64,000 nucleotides of DNA, from positions 1,440,001-1,504,000 of the forward strand of contig CBDCWI010000001.1 of NCBI GenBank assembly GCA_965223325.1. Reading direction: 5' to 3'. The stretch comes from Candidatus Multivoradales bacterium. GTDB taxonomy: Bacteria > Acidobacteriota > Thermoanaerobaculia > Multivoradales > Multivoraceae. This document shows, piece after piece, positions 47,001-55,843 of this stretch; the stretch's first letter is position 1, and the number at the start of each line of letters is the position of its first letter. A program made the position numbers and the translations under genes. The notes under the pieces are model-generated. The model made no database searches. It was not told the origin of the DNA and saw only the letters and a program-made list of their open reading frames with translations.

Positions 47001-49914
47001 TCGTCGAGCGATGCGTTCGCCCATCGGGGGCCTCGACCGAGGTGGTGATCTCATAGAGACCGGGTCGATCGGGGGTGAAGCGGCAGCGCCGGATACCGGT
47101 CTCGGCGGGCTGGTGGGATGGGTCGTCTGGACCACACCTCTCGACGGGAACCCAGTTGCTCTCGTATCTGGTGAGGTAGGCGTTCCCCGCGCCTTTGACC
47201 CGTGCCGCCTTGACTTCTTCGACCTGCACGGTCGTGGTGACTGAAGCGTTCGCGAGGACGGAATCGTTCGAGTCGAAGGCGACGGCTTCGGCCACTGCCT
47301 CTTGGCCCTTCTCGAGCAGCCAGCCCGGCACCCGCAAGCCAACCACCTGGCTTCGACCGCGATAGTGCGCGCTGGCCCGGGAGGCGATGGACTTGCCGCG
47401 GTCGTCGCGCACGCTCGCCTCAACCTCGATGCGCCCGTTGACCACCGCAGAATCGCTGACCTCGAACGAAGAGCTGGCGTCGCCTGAGGCGTCGAGCTCG
47501 AGGTCTTCCTGCAGAACGTCGCGCCGCCTGACCTTGCCGCCGTCGAAACGAAAGCCTGCGGCGACGGGGTGATCAATGCGAATCGGAGTCGGCACCAACG
47601 ACGCGTTGAGTCGCGCTTTCGCGCCACCGTAGGGCCCACCAGAGTGCAAGCGCGCCGCTACATCGGCGGTCACTTCGTCGCCGGGCTCGAATCGATCGCC
47701 GCTCAACTCGGTCGTGACCCGGAAGGGCGAGGGGGTGAAGTCAGTAATCAGCACCCGGAGCGGCGAGAACCTGTAGCGATCGCTGCCGGTAAACGAGACT
47801 TCGAAGTCGTACCAACCCATGGCAGCGTTCTCGGGCACCGACCAGTCGCCCGCGAACGAGCCGAACGCATCGAGTGCGATGTCGCGGCGGGAGAAGGCTT
47901 CGTCGCCCTTGGGATCGAGAATGCGCAGGTCGTACTTGACGTCGCGCGGAGCCACGAGAGTCAGATTGGACTGGTCGCGCAACCAGATCTTCCACTGCAC
48001 GAGACTGCCCGGACGGTAGACGCCCTGCGCGGTCGCGCCCCAGGAGGTCATGTGGCCGAACTGGCGGCGCCTGGTACTCGGGATCCAGCTGTTGTTGGGA
48101 CCTCGCGCGTCGACCTCGAAGTCATAGATCGCCGGCACCAGGGCAAGCGAGCCTCTTCGTTCGACTCGAAACCAGAGCTGCGACTCATCGGCGTCGAAGT
48201 ACCCGGTGCGGTCGAGCTCGGGGTCGACGACAGCGCTGCCAGGCAAGAGCGCAAGGCCCGAAGCGTCTGACACGCCGCGCGCAGCCAGCTTTTCCGGTAC
48301 GTCGAGGTACCGGCCCCTCGCCCGATAGGCACTCACCACCGCACCCTCCACCGGCTGCCCGGTCGCCAGATCGGTGATCCACACCAGGGTGTTCTGGTGG
48401 CCGAGCTTTACGTGCACCTGGAACGGCGTCACCTGGGCAAAGAGTGGCCGTCGATGATCGAACGGTCGCGGCAAGACGTCCGCTGTGACCGCGCCGCTTT
48501 GACCACCCAACCAGCCGCGCACGTCGAGCGGCATGGCGTACGCGATGTCCTGCACCGGATCGACCGGCACATCCACCTCGAGCTCTTCGACCGCCTTCGC
48601 CGTCACCTTCCTGCCGGTGACGTCTACGCCGCTGAGATTCGTGACGTAGATCGGCGGGTGGGTCTGGGCTTCGAGTTCGAGCACCGCGATGGTGTTCGGC
48701 ATCACCAGATCGGGGCGGCGATGATCGGTGGCGAAACGAAAGTCGATCGCTTCGGCAAGCGGGCGGCCGAACTCGTCATGGATCTTTCGCCGCGGCGCCC
48801 GCAGCCGGTAATCGGTGAACGCACGAAGACCCGGCGGCAGTCGCAACCGATACTCGCGGCCGCGTTGATGAAGTTGATCAAGCCGGCTGTAGGACCAGGT
48901 GTTCTCCCAGATGTCGATCTCATCGTTGCCGGCCGTGGGGTCGGGCTCGATGACCAGACCTCGGGCGAGCTCCTCTTTGACAACCGGTGAACTGAAACGC
49001 GCCCAGATCGTGCTCTGCGGGTCGCATGCCGAGGTCGAACCCGCCCCCACGTCCAGGTCTACGGACTGACCCTCGAGCCGGTCACAGGTCACCCCAAGGA
49101 AGCGAGGCTCGGGGAACGTCGCACCCGAGAGGCGCACCTCTTCTTTCTGCCCCAGCAGTGGCCCATGCGGTGAACGCAGCCCGGGCTCTTCACGCACGAA
49201 GATCGGGGTGTCTCCCTCGAGCTCGGCCGCCGGTTCGAGCCTGAAGTTGCGCCCGACCGACGGCACCTCACTGCCAGTCGCCCAGGGCACCGCCACCAGG
49301 GGAACCCGGGCGCCGCCAACCTGCAAGAAGACGTGCTCGGTGAGTGACTGGAGGAGAACATCTTGATCGGTGTAGACCACAAAGCTCGGAAGGTTCGGCG
49401 AGCGCCACTCGGCAAGGTGGACCGAACGAACCTGCGGCCGACTGGTGAAAAAGCTCTCGCTGACCGTTCGTAGGAGCGCCTTGCCGTCGAAGGTCTCGAA
49501 TGGCGGTTCGATGCGCACCGTGTAGCGCGTCGCCGGCTGGAGTGCAGCGTCGCTGGGCAAGCGGCACGACAGGGTGCGTGGATCGGCGAAGCGCCACGCG
49601 CACGGAAGCGGAGGAGAGATCGAAACCGGCAGTTGGGAGTCATCACGGGCCATTTCCCCGAGTGGCACGACCGGACGGGAAAACTGGATGGTGATCTGCT
49701 TGCGCGCCTCGACCTCCTCGCCCCGGGGCGTGACCCGAACGACTCGCAACACATCGTCTGCCGTCTGACCATGCGCCGGCGCTCCGAGGCCGAGCGCCGA
49801 GAGCGCAATCGGGACAAGAACGAGGATCAGCAGATAGAAGATGCCGACCACCAACCAGTAGCGATGAATCTGATGTGACCTGGTGGGCCGAGTGGCGTTC
49901 TGTTCTTTGGACAT
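44047..49914 (-). CDS. Bacterial alpha-2-macroglobulin
   Basis: YRPG, LPDNLTGWRI.A, thioester motif YPHDCWEQ, WQNTQEN, DPVPGGIE, AEEMY.P; start MSKEQN at 49914 with AGGA SD. Confidence 0.93.
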   Translation of the reverse strand: MSKEQNATRPTRSHQIHRYWLVVGIFYLLILVLVPIALSALGLGAPAHGQTADDVLRVVRVTPRGEEVEARKQITIQFSRPVVPLGEMARDDSQLPVSISPPLPCAWRFADPRTLSCRLPSDAALQPATRYTVRIEPPFETFDGKALLRTVSESFFTSRPQVRSVHLAEWRSPNLPSFVVYTDQDVLLQSLTEHVFLQVGGARVPLVAVPWATGSEVPSVGRNFRLEPAAELEGDTPIFVREEPGLRSPHGPLLGQKEEVRLSGATFPEPRFLGVTCDRLEGQSVDLDVGAGSTSACDPQSTIWARFSSPVVKEELARGLVIEPDPTAGNDEIDIWENTWSYSRLDQLHQRGREYRLRLPPGLRAFTDYRLRAPRRKIHDEFGRPLAEAIDFRFATDHRRPDLVMPNTIAVLELEAQTHPPIYVTNLSGVDVTGRKVTAKAVEELEVDVPVDPVQDIAYAMPLDVRGWLGGQSGAVTADVLPRPFDHRRPLFAQVTPFQVHVKLGHQNTLVWITDLATGQPVEGAVVSAYRARGRYLDVPEKLAARGVSDASGLALLPGSAVVDPELDRTGYFDADESQLWFRVERRGSLALVPAIYDFEVDARGPNNSWIPSTRRRQFGHMTSWGATAQGVYRPGSLVQWKIWLRDQSNLTLVAPRDVKYDLRILDPKGDEAFSRRDIALDAFGSFAGDWSVPENAAMGWYDFEVSFTGSDRYRFSPLRVLITDFTPSPFRVTTELSGDRFEPGDEVTADVAARLHSGGPYGGAKARLNASLVPTPIRIDHPVAAGFRFDGGKVRRRDVLQEDLELDASGDASSSFEVSDSAVVNGRIEVEASVRDDRGKSIASRASAHYRGRSQVVGLRVPGWLLEKGQEAVAEAVAFDSNDSVLANASVTTTVQVEEVKAARVKGAGNAYLTRYESNWVPVERCGPDDPSHQPAETGIRRCRFTPDRPGLYEITTSVEAPDGRTHRSTTRRWGIGAGAALWRSPPGHELPIEVESTSIEVGETARFLIRNPFPGARALFTVERLGVQRSWTKVLAGPTEVVEVEVGPDQSPGFYFSAVVTSPRVDVPPAERGESFATVDLGKPAFRMGYVRMEVVDPYKQIEIEVTPEKETWRPREMAVANIVAKPRHEGVVSEPIQLAVAVLDEAVFDLIQGGRRAFDPYRGFYELPPLDVENYNLIKRLIGMQKFEKKGANAGGDGLGPDALRSDFRSMIYWNPALETDADGRARIEFELPDNLTGWRIVAMAATPSDRFGLGEGNLKVNQPIELRPALPNQVREGDLFEARFTVMNRTDETRELVLSASVEGPGESAGALSRTVRAEPYQRVPLVFPVRVHRPGTLNLTVRAHDRSNEENRDLLRVPLDVLPAQFFETAASWQTSAEDDIALNLRLPLNLRPETVELEVRALASVVGSVDGALAYLRDYPHDCWEQRLSRALGAARSIELADYLPADFAWDGAEQLAERVLADMTSFQAPNGGMAYWRPEDRYVSPYLSAYTALGLAWLAEAGYVIPQAAEKRLHSYLDRLLRNDRAFGDSWVPRMQLSTRAVAMAGLALRGRLDADELERWQRRADEMSLFGRAHYLIAADVMGHDDLVTVLRDSIFASSDRTAGKLQFDEALGGSWARMHYSSTRTSCSILSALVRSRDGSPTGIDAADDSFRLMRSITAARDDRFHWQNTQENVFCIAGMRDFATVYESADTDVVWTTRLDGRRVGKLELHDKRATPRSLVVGASDLGAHADLPGREFELQAQRRGSGRSYLATRLTWAPKELSADTAANAGIEVVREIHVQRDGRWQQLAGKVELGAGELVRVDLFIDAPTARNFVAVSDPVPGGIEPVNRDLETASQVDADKARDGFGVRSHWWAHRDWREFGSSDSGFYHRELGHDAVNFYSDFLGPGRYHLAWVGQVISGGEFQWLSAEAEEMYDPDVFGRSGSGRLVVPMHLEDAADEVVP

Positions 49915-50254
49915 GACGGAATCCTGAAGTGGGCAGGGGCGCCTCGAGCTTCGCCCGCGAGAATGTCCGCCGACCGTGAGGTTGCAGGTACGGCGGGTAC
50001 CTGACGATGAGATCGCACGGCAATCGCAACGAAGTGACCGAGGCCGGGCAATTGGGAGGCAGATTGTGGCGAGAGGGTGACGAGCGAGGAGAGAGGCGAG
50101 GTGGCCGCGTCGAACGAATCGGCCGAACGTCCCGATTCTTTCGCCTCGAAGCTGGTCAAACAACTCGCGGAGGTGGGCGCAGATAGCGTCGAGCCCGGAT
50201 CTCGCACCGTTGCTATGCTGCGGCCATCATTTGATCCTGCGGAGTTCGAGCACC

Positions 50255-51817
50255 ATGCGCACCCCGGCAAGTCGGTCTGATCTCGGTAAGTCCCTGACCG
50301 CAAAGAATTTCCTTGTTTGCTTCGCAGTTGGCCTGGCTGCGTTCTCCGGCGTTTCGCTGCCCACTGATGCGATGCAACCAGGCGAGCCGACGGTGATCGA
50401 CACGATGGACTTCACCACCATCGACGACGAAGCTGTCCTCGAAATCCGTGCCGGCGGCCCGCTGCTCTACAGCCACTACCGCAACCCGTCCAACGACTGG
50501 GTAGTCGAGCTGGCCAACTGTGTACCCGGTGAAGAGCTCAGCGATGTGGACGTCCAGTCCGGCCTGATCGAGTCGGTCAAGATCTCGAGCGAACGCCTCG
50601 GCCGGGGACGACCCTTGACCACGCTCACCGTCGCGACCCGCACCGCGAGCGTCGCCAGCCTGGTCAATCAAGACGACACCCTGACTGTGACGTTCCGCCC
50701 CAGCGATCGTGGTTCGGTCTACGCCAGCGAGCCCGCGGAACTCGCCTCGGCATCTGCACCCGACCAACCGGCCCTTACCGAGCCCGGAACCCAGCCGGTT
50801 GCCGAAGTGGCAACGCCAGCTGTGGTGGGTGGCGAAGAGACCGAACCACGTGCCCTCGAGACCGGTACCGTCGAACTGGTGCCCGTTGACTCGACGCGCT
50901 CGGAGCCGGGACCGGCGCTCGAGAACCCTGGTCCGCTCGACAGCACCGCCCCCGGAGAACCAGCTGGGACGACAACAACACGCATCCCGCAGCAAACCGC
51001 CCCGCGCCAGGCGCGCGTCGCGCTCACTGGCGCCAGCAGCCCCGTAGCCGGGCCACCAGCAGACGGCGCGGCCGCCAGAAGCCTCAGGGACGTCGAGATC
51101 GAGGGCACCGGGGCCTCGGCGAGTTTTCACCTCGAGGCCGACGGTGAACCCGAATGGAAGAGCTTCTTTCTAGCCGACCCGCCCCGCTTCGTGCTCGACA
51201 TCGATGGCGCCAGCAATGACGTGCGCCGCGGCACGGTCGACGCCCGCACTCCCTGGGTCGAGCGCGTGCGAATCGGCCAGTTCCAGACCAGTCCGTTCCC
51301 GATCACCCGGGTGGTTTTCGACCTGCGCGAGAAGCGCGCACCGTACCTCACTCGCCGCGGAAACGTGTTGGTTGTCTCCTTCGGCGAACCGTTCACCAGC
51401 GACGTCACCGCGACCCCCGACATCACGACAACCACCACGACGACGGTTCCCCGAGGCCCTACCGATCCCGCCAGCGTGGTGCGCGCCTACATCGACGCCT
51501 TCAATCGCGCCAGCGTCGACGACATCTTGTTGACCGTGACCCAGGACATTCAGTGGTTCTCGGTCATCGAGAACCGCCTGCTACTCGAAGCGGAAGGCAC
51601 CGAAGACCTGTCGCGCTCGCTGCGAGCCTACTTCGCGAGCTTTACTGCCCGGTCCGAGATCGAAGACCTGATCGTCAACGGACGCTACGTCTCGATGCGT
51701 GAGCGGGTGCGCTGGAACGCGACAGATGGCACGCCACATACACAGGCTTCCCTGGTGGTTTTCGAGATCGAGGGCGATCGCATCTCGCGAACCTGGTACT
51801 ACCCTTCGCAACCCTGA
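50255..51817 (+). CDS. Secreted tandem AMIN-domain protein with C-terminal NTF2/SnoaL-like domain
   Basis: Signal peptide; F.LADPPRFVLDI, V.RVRIGQF....TRVVFDL (AMIN); VVRAYIDAFN...FEIEGDRISRTW (NTF2-like). Confidence 0.75.
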   Translation: MRTPASRSDLGKSLTAKNFLVCFAVGLAAFSGVSLPTDAMQPGEPTVIDTMDFTTIDDEAVLEIRAGGPLLYSHYRNPSNDWVVELANCVPGEELSDVDVQSGLIESVKISSERLGRGRPLTTLTVATRTASVASLVNQDDTLTVTFRPSDRGSVYASEPAELASASAPDQPALTEPGTQPVAEVATPAVVGGEETEPRALETGTVELVPVDSTRSEPGPALENPGPLDSTAPGEPAGTTTTRIPQQTAPRQARVALTGASSPVAGPPADGAAARSLRDVEIEGTGASASFHLEADGEPEWKSFFLADPPRFVLDIDGASNDVRRGTVDARTPWVERVRIGQFQTSPFPITRVVFDLREKRAPYLTRRGNVLVVSFGEPFTSDVTATPDITTTTTTTVPRGPTDPASVVRAYIDAFNRASVDDILLTVTQDIQWFSVIENRLLLEAEGTEDLSRSLRAYFASFTARSEIEDLIVNGRYVSMRERVRWNATDGTPHTQASLVVFEIEGDRISRTWYYPSQP

Positions 51818-51857
51818 GCCTTCGCGTAGCCCTTCGCCCCCGCCGGGGTGCACGCTC

Positions 51858-51890
51858 TTGACAAGGCGAACCCATCGGGTGTATATACAC
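51858..51890 (+). promoter_or_regulatory. Sigma70-type promoter overlapped by MarR operator 1
   Basis: TTGACA (51858)-17 nt-GTATAT; palindrome GTGTATATACAC at 51879-51890; ATG at 51895. Confidence 0.75.
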
Positions 51891-51894
51891 GCAC

Positions 51895-52359
51895 ATGCCT
51901 TCTGATACGACTCCTCGACTGCGCGCCCAACAAGCAACCTACGCCAGCGAACACTGTGTTTGCTTTCATTCGCGGCGCGCCAGTCGACTGCTCACTCAGC
52001 TTTACGATGAGGCGTTGCGGCCGTCGGGCCTACGCGCAACCCAGTTCACTCTCCTGCTCGCGATCCGCAAGAACGCCCCGGTCGCAGTGCGCGAGCTCGC
52101 GGACCTCCTGGCGATGGATCGCACGACTCTCAGTAGGAACCTCAAGCCGCTCGACCAAGAGGGCCTGGTCACCAGTAGACCGGGAGAAGACCGCCGTGTG
52201 CGCGAGGTCAGGCTCAGCCCCCTCGGCCATGAGACGCTCAAGGAAGCGTTTCCACTGTGGAAGGCGGCGCAGGCCAAGACCAGGGCAAGCCTTGGCGCAG
52301 ATGGCCTTCTGAGCCTGCTGGATGAGCTCAAGGAGAGCGTCAACCTGCTCCAGGAGTAA
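51895..52359 (+). CDS. MarR family transcriptional regulator
   Basis: C.C...RRASR..TQ.YD..L...GL...QF.LL, MDRTTLSRNL.PL, DRRVR. Confidence 0.92.
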   Translation: MPSDTTPRLRAQQATYASEHCVCFHSRRASRLLTQLYDEALRPSGLRATQFTLLLAIRKNAPVAVRELADLLAMDRTTLSRNLKPLDQEGLVTSRPGEDRRVREVRLSPLGHETLKEAFPLWKAAQAKTRASLGADGLLSLLDELKESVNLLQE

Positions 52360-52398
52360 GACGATTTCGCTGTGACCTGAAACCTTCGTCACCGAAAG

Positions 52399-52410
52399 GT
52401 GTATATACAC
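52399..52410. promoter_or_regulatory. MarR operator 2
   Basis: Identical palindrome GTGTATATACAC upstream of the SDR gene. Confidence 0.75.
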
Positions 52411-52449
52411 TCGAATGTGACGCTTCAGACAAAGAGAGGAACCAAGCAG

Positions 52450-53331
52450 ATGCAACACCCAGCCACCATCCTGGTCACCGGAGCGTCATCCGGAATCGGC
52501 CGCGCCACCGCCGTTCGACTCGCCAACGCAGGCCACCGCGTTTTCGGTACCAGCAGACAACCCGACAGCCCCAAAGCAGGGGTCCAAGAAGAAGAGGCCG
52601 GCGCTCTCGACAAGGTCGAGATGCTCAGGCTCGACGTACACTCGCTCGACTCGGTCGCCCAGCTGGCGGCCGAACTGCGCCGCCGCAGCGACCGCCTCGA
52701 TGCAGTGATCAACAATGCTGGCGTTGGCCTCTTCGGCGCCCTCGAGGAGGCGTCCACCGAAGATGCGCGACGGGTTTTCGAAACCAACTACTTCGGCACC
52801 GTGCGCGTCATCGACACTCTCCTGCCCCGGCTTCGCCATCAGCGTGAGGGTCACATCATCAACGTCGGGAGCGCGCTCGGCACTGTTGCCGCACCGTTCT
52901 TGGGCCACTACTCCGCCAGCAAGGCAGCGCTTGCTCGCTACTCAGAGGCCTTGCGCCAAGAGATCGCACCGCTCGGCATTGCCGTGAGTCTGGTCGAACC
53001 GGGCTTCGTGCGCACCTCCTTCCAGGCCGCCGCCAGGAGACCACGGACCGTTCTCTCGGCCTACTCACCATGGCGCGGTCAGGCGCTCGAAGCCGCGTTC
53101 CAACATGGCCACAGGGCGCCCGGACCTGAACACGTCGCCGCAACCATTGAGCGCGCCCTCCGGAGCCGGCGGCCACGCTTTCTCTATCGCGCCGGTCAAG
53201 GCTCGCACGCGCTGGGAGCCCTTTCCCGCTTCGCCCCCGGGCGGCTCGCCGAGATTGTGGTTCGCAAACTCTTTCAGCTCGACGCGGCTTCATCGGTTGC
53301 TCAGCCGGCATCGGAGCGGCAACAGGTCTAG
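52450..53331 (+). CDS. SDR family oxidoreductase
   Basis: TGASSGIG, NNAG, YSASK; ATG 52450 with AGAGGA SD. Confidence 0.93.
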   Translation: MQHPATILVTGASSGIGRATAVRLANAGHRVFGTSRQPDSPKAGVQEEEAGALDKVEMLRLDVHSLDSVAQLAAELRRRSDRLDAVINNAGVGLFGALEEASTEDARRVFETNYFGTVRVIDTLLPRLRHQREGHIINVGSALGTVAAPFLGHYSASKAALARYSEALRQEIAPLGIAVSLVEPGFVRTSFQAAARRPRTVLSAYSPWRGQALEAAFQHGHRAPGPEHVAATIERALRSRRPRFLYRAGQGSHALGALSRFAPGRLAEIVVRKLFQLDAASSVAQPASERQQV

Positions 53332-53338
53332 CAAATAG

Positions 53339-53350
53339 GTGTATCTACAT
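53339..53350. promoter_or_regulatory. MarR operator 3 (degenerate)
   Basis: GTGTATCTACAT, 10/12 match, upstream of the cysteine hydrolase. Confidence 0.6.
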
Positions 53351-53399
53351 TCAACTCGCCACCCCCTAAACAACACACGCCCCCTAAGGAGGTACCTCA

Positions 53400-54167
53400 A
53401 TGAAACCCATTCGCAAACCGCAACGTGGACTCGCGCCGGCCATTCTGTTGGTCATCCTACTCGCCGTTCTCCTACCGCAGCTTTCGAAAGGACAGCTCCC
53501 CGAGCCGGCCTTCGAGCTCGACCTCGAGCGCACCGCCATCGTGATTACCGACCCCCAAAACGACTTCCTCAGCCCTGAGGGAGTGACCTGGGGTGTGGTC
53601 GGCAAGAGCGTGACCGAGAATAGAACCGTCCAGAACATCGAGACGCTTTTCAGGCAGGCGCAGAAGGCAGAGCTGCCGGTTTTCGTCTCGCCGCACTACT
53701 ACTACCCGACCGACAAGGGCTGGCAGTTCGAAGGCGCGCTCGAGACCCTGATGCACGGGATCGGTATGTTCGACCGTCATTCGCCCCTCAGTCTGGAAGG
53801 CTTCGAAGACTCGGGAGCCGACTGGCTGGCGCGCTACAAGCCCTTCATTGAACACTCCGGAACCGTCGTGACCTCCCCCCACAAGGTCTACGGCCCGGAA
53901 ACCAACGACCTGGTGCTGCAGTTGCGCAAGCGCGGCATCGACAAGGTCCTCCTGGCCGGCATGTCGGCCAACCTCTGCGTCGAAGCGCACCTCCGCGAGC
54001 TTCTCGAGCAGGGCTTCGAGGTCGTTGTCGTGCGCGACGCGACGGCCGCGGCGAAGGTCAAGGAGGGCGACGGCTACGAAGCCGCGCTGGTCAACTTCCG
54101 CTACCTCGCCAACGGCGTCTGGACGACCAGCGAAACAGTTGCACGACTGGAGAAGGCAACGTCGTAA
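53400..54167 (+). CDS. Isochorismatase-like cysteine hydrolase with signal peptide
   Basis: TDPQNDF, HK, AGMSANLCVE, DATAA; AAGGAGG SD. Confidence 0.9.
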   Translation: MKPIRKPQRGLAPAILLVILLAVLLPQLSKGQLPEPAFELDLERTAIVITDPQNDFLSPEGVTWGVVGKSVTENRTVQNIETLFRQAQKAELPVFVSPHYYYPTDKGWQFEGALETLMHGIGMFDRHSPLSLEGFEDSGADWLARYKPFIEHSGTVVTSPHKVYGPETNDLVLQLRKRGIDKVLLAGMSANLCVEAHLRELLEQGFEVVVVRDATAAAKVKEGDGYEAALVNFRYLANGVWTTSETVARLEKATS

Positions 54168-54182
54168 CGGCAAACGAGTCGT

Positions 54183-54347
54183 CTAGTACCCCGTACCATT
54201 GAAACGGATAGTGGCTGAGCGGATGATCGTGCTCGAGATCAAGGCGTCACGACGCAGGCATATTGGTGATCTGTCGAGGAGTGACAACACAGAGATCGAG
54301 CGCGAGGACCGCGCAGACGCTGTGCGTTTCAATGGTACGGGTACTAG
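54183..54347. mobile_element. MITE-like palindromic element, copy 2 (165 bp)
   Basis: Same sequence as 10815-10980 apart from one G missing in the right inverted repeat; flanked by CTAG. Confidence 0.85.
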
Positions 54348-54382
54348 TCCCCGCTCTCCCACGCTCGCCCGCACTTCATACG

Positions 54383-54416
54383 GTAAGAAAGTCTACAACT
54401 TTGTATACTTTCTTGC
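54383..54416 (+). promoter_or_regulatory. Inverted-repeat operator overlapping -10 box of the AbiE-like operon
   Basis: GTAAGAAAGTCTACAA-CT-TTGTATACTTTCTTGC (14/16 symmetric); TATACT at 54404-54409. Confidence 0.7.
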
Positions 54417-54419
54417 GTT

Positions 54420-55019
54420 ATGAAATCTCTCACCGATGCACGACTGGTGACATCGATTTCTGTTGATCAGCGCGGGGTTTTCTCCACCGACGACCTACGG
54501 ACTGTACTGGCTGATCGGCACCGACCGTCTTTCGCTCGTCGGGTCGACCGCTTGCTCGACGCGGGGGTGCTGCGGCGATTCGCCCGAGGCTGGTACATCG
54601 CGGAGGAGTTCGACCTTCCTACCCTTTCGCAGCGCCTGGCACCGTCTTCGTGCATCAGTTTCGGCAACGTCCTCGCCGACCACCTGTTGATCGGCACAAG
54701 GCCGGAGCGGCAGGTCATGGCAGTGCGCGCTGGGCGCGGTCGCACCTACAAAGCCAAGGGATTCGAGATCGTGCACCTCGGCCTGGCCGAGAGCCTCTTC
54801 TTCGCAATCGAGGTCCGAGATGGCGTTCGATATGCCGAACCGGAAAAGGCAGTGGTCGACACGTTCTACTACCACCTCCGAGGCCAACGTTACGTCTTCG
54901 ACCCCTTTTCGGACATCGACGTTTCACGGCTCGATCGCAGGCGCCTCGAGCGGTACCTGGGGCGATACCGCAACCCGAAGTTCAGAAGCTTCGTTCGCAA
55001 CTGGTTGGAGGGGGTATGA
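54420..55019 (+). CDS. Type IV TA antitoxin, AbiEi-like
   Basis: N-terminal wHTH (GVF...DL..L...G.LRRFARGWY), S.ISF...L..H.LI, YAEPEKAVVD. Confidence 0.8.
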   Translation: MKSLTDARLVTSISVDQRGVFSTDDLRTVLADRHRPSFARRVDRLLDAGVLRRFARGWYIAEEFDLPTLSQRLAPSSCISFGNVLADHLLIGTRPERQVMAVRAGRGRTYKAKGFEIVHLGLAESLFFAIEVRDGVRYAEPEKAVVDTFYYHLRGQRYVFDPFSDIDVSRLDRRRLERYLGRYRNPKFRSFVRNWLEGV

Positions 55020-55780
55020 AGCAGCCAACCCGGCCGGCCACTGCTGACGGCCTCTTCCTGTGGGTGATGCATCGCTTCGCAGAAGAGTTTGATCACCAGG
55101 CAATGCTGAAAGGTGGCATGGCGCTGCGGCTTCTCGAAAGCCCTCGCTCGACGACTGACATTGAATACGTTTTCGTACCCCGCGACTCGAAACGTGAGGT
55201 CGGAACGCTCGTCGAGAGGGTTCTCGCCGGGCTTGACGAAGCACGAGTTGAAGTGGCGGTGCACTCAAAGATGGTTCGTGCCACCGTTCATCTCGACGAA
55301 GCCGCAATCCAGGTCGAGGCGACCGTGGCACCCGAGTGTCCCTCTCTTCCCATGGCAACGGGAGAGTTCGCGCGTTCACTCGGGCACCCCTCTCAGGTCG
55401 TACCGGTGATGCACTTTGACCTCGCCCTGGCCGACAAGCTGGCGGCCTGGAACGAGCGACGCCTCCTGCGAGACCTCTATGACGTCTATTTCCTGGCGGC
55501 GCGGCTCGGAGCGCACCCCGATCTCGACCGGCTGGATCGACGCCTTGGGAAGGTCGAGTCGCGCATTCCCGAGTTGCGCCAGCGCAAACGTATGTCGCGC
55601 GCCGACCTGGCTGCCGAACTCCACGCCACCCTCTTGCGACTCGACGACGAGCGGGTAGCAAGAGGACTCGGGCCACTTCTCCCGCCGGCAGACATGGCCG
55701 GACTCGCGGTTCGAATCCGTGCGGCGGTGAGTGGTGTGGCCGAGGTCCTCGCCGCTGGTGACAGCACCAAGACGTCTTGA
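55016..55780 (+). CDS. Type IV TA toxin, AbiEii-like nucleotidyltransferase
   Basis: LKGG.ALRL...RSTTDIE, ADKLAAW..R..RDLYD; ATGA overlap with the antitoxin. Confidence 0.85.
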   Translation: MKQPTRPATADGLFLWVMHRFAEEFDHQAMLKGGMALRLLESPRSTTDIEYVFVPRDSKREVGTLVERVLAGLDEARVEVAVHSKMVRATVHLDEAAIQVEATVAPECPSLPMATGEFARSLGHPSQVVPVMHFDLALADKLAAWNERRLLRDLYDVYFLAARLGAHPDLDRLDRRLGKVESRIPELRQRKRMSRADLAAELHATLLRLDDERVARGLGPLLPPADMAGLAVRIRAAVSGVAEVLAAGDSTKTS

Positions 55781-55843
55781 CGGGACCCGAATCGGTCACC
55801 TCCTGACCCCGTACACTTCGCACCCACCTTCCCAGGAGTCGCC

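Noticed and set aside
45868-47244. Long antisense/alternate-frame ORFs (e.g. 458 aa here, 400 aa at 6191-7393, 357 aa at 13198-14271)
   Set aside because: Shadow ORFs expected from high-GC codon bias opposite well-supported genes; no motifs
41773-49914. A2M-pbpC pair as a novel system
   Set aside because: Well-known conserved bacterial pairing; thioester CxEQ intact
49915-50163. N-terminal 83-aa extension of A2M in the ORF track (similar extensions on typA, M48, AbiEii, CDP-alcohol transferase, PIG-L)
   Set aside because: Arg/Ser-rich non-homologous sequence; downstream starts have SDs, signal peptides or stop-start overlaps
51420-51450. ACN-type trinucleotide run as a contingency repeat
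   Set aside because: Encodes a poly-Thr linker with mixed codons, not a slippage tract
54199-54423. 74-aa ORF (and 63-aa antisense ORF) in the ORF track
   Set aside because: Both are read-through of the MITE sequence, not independent genes
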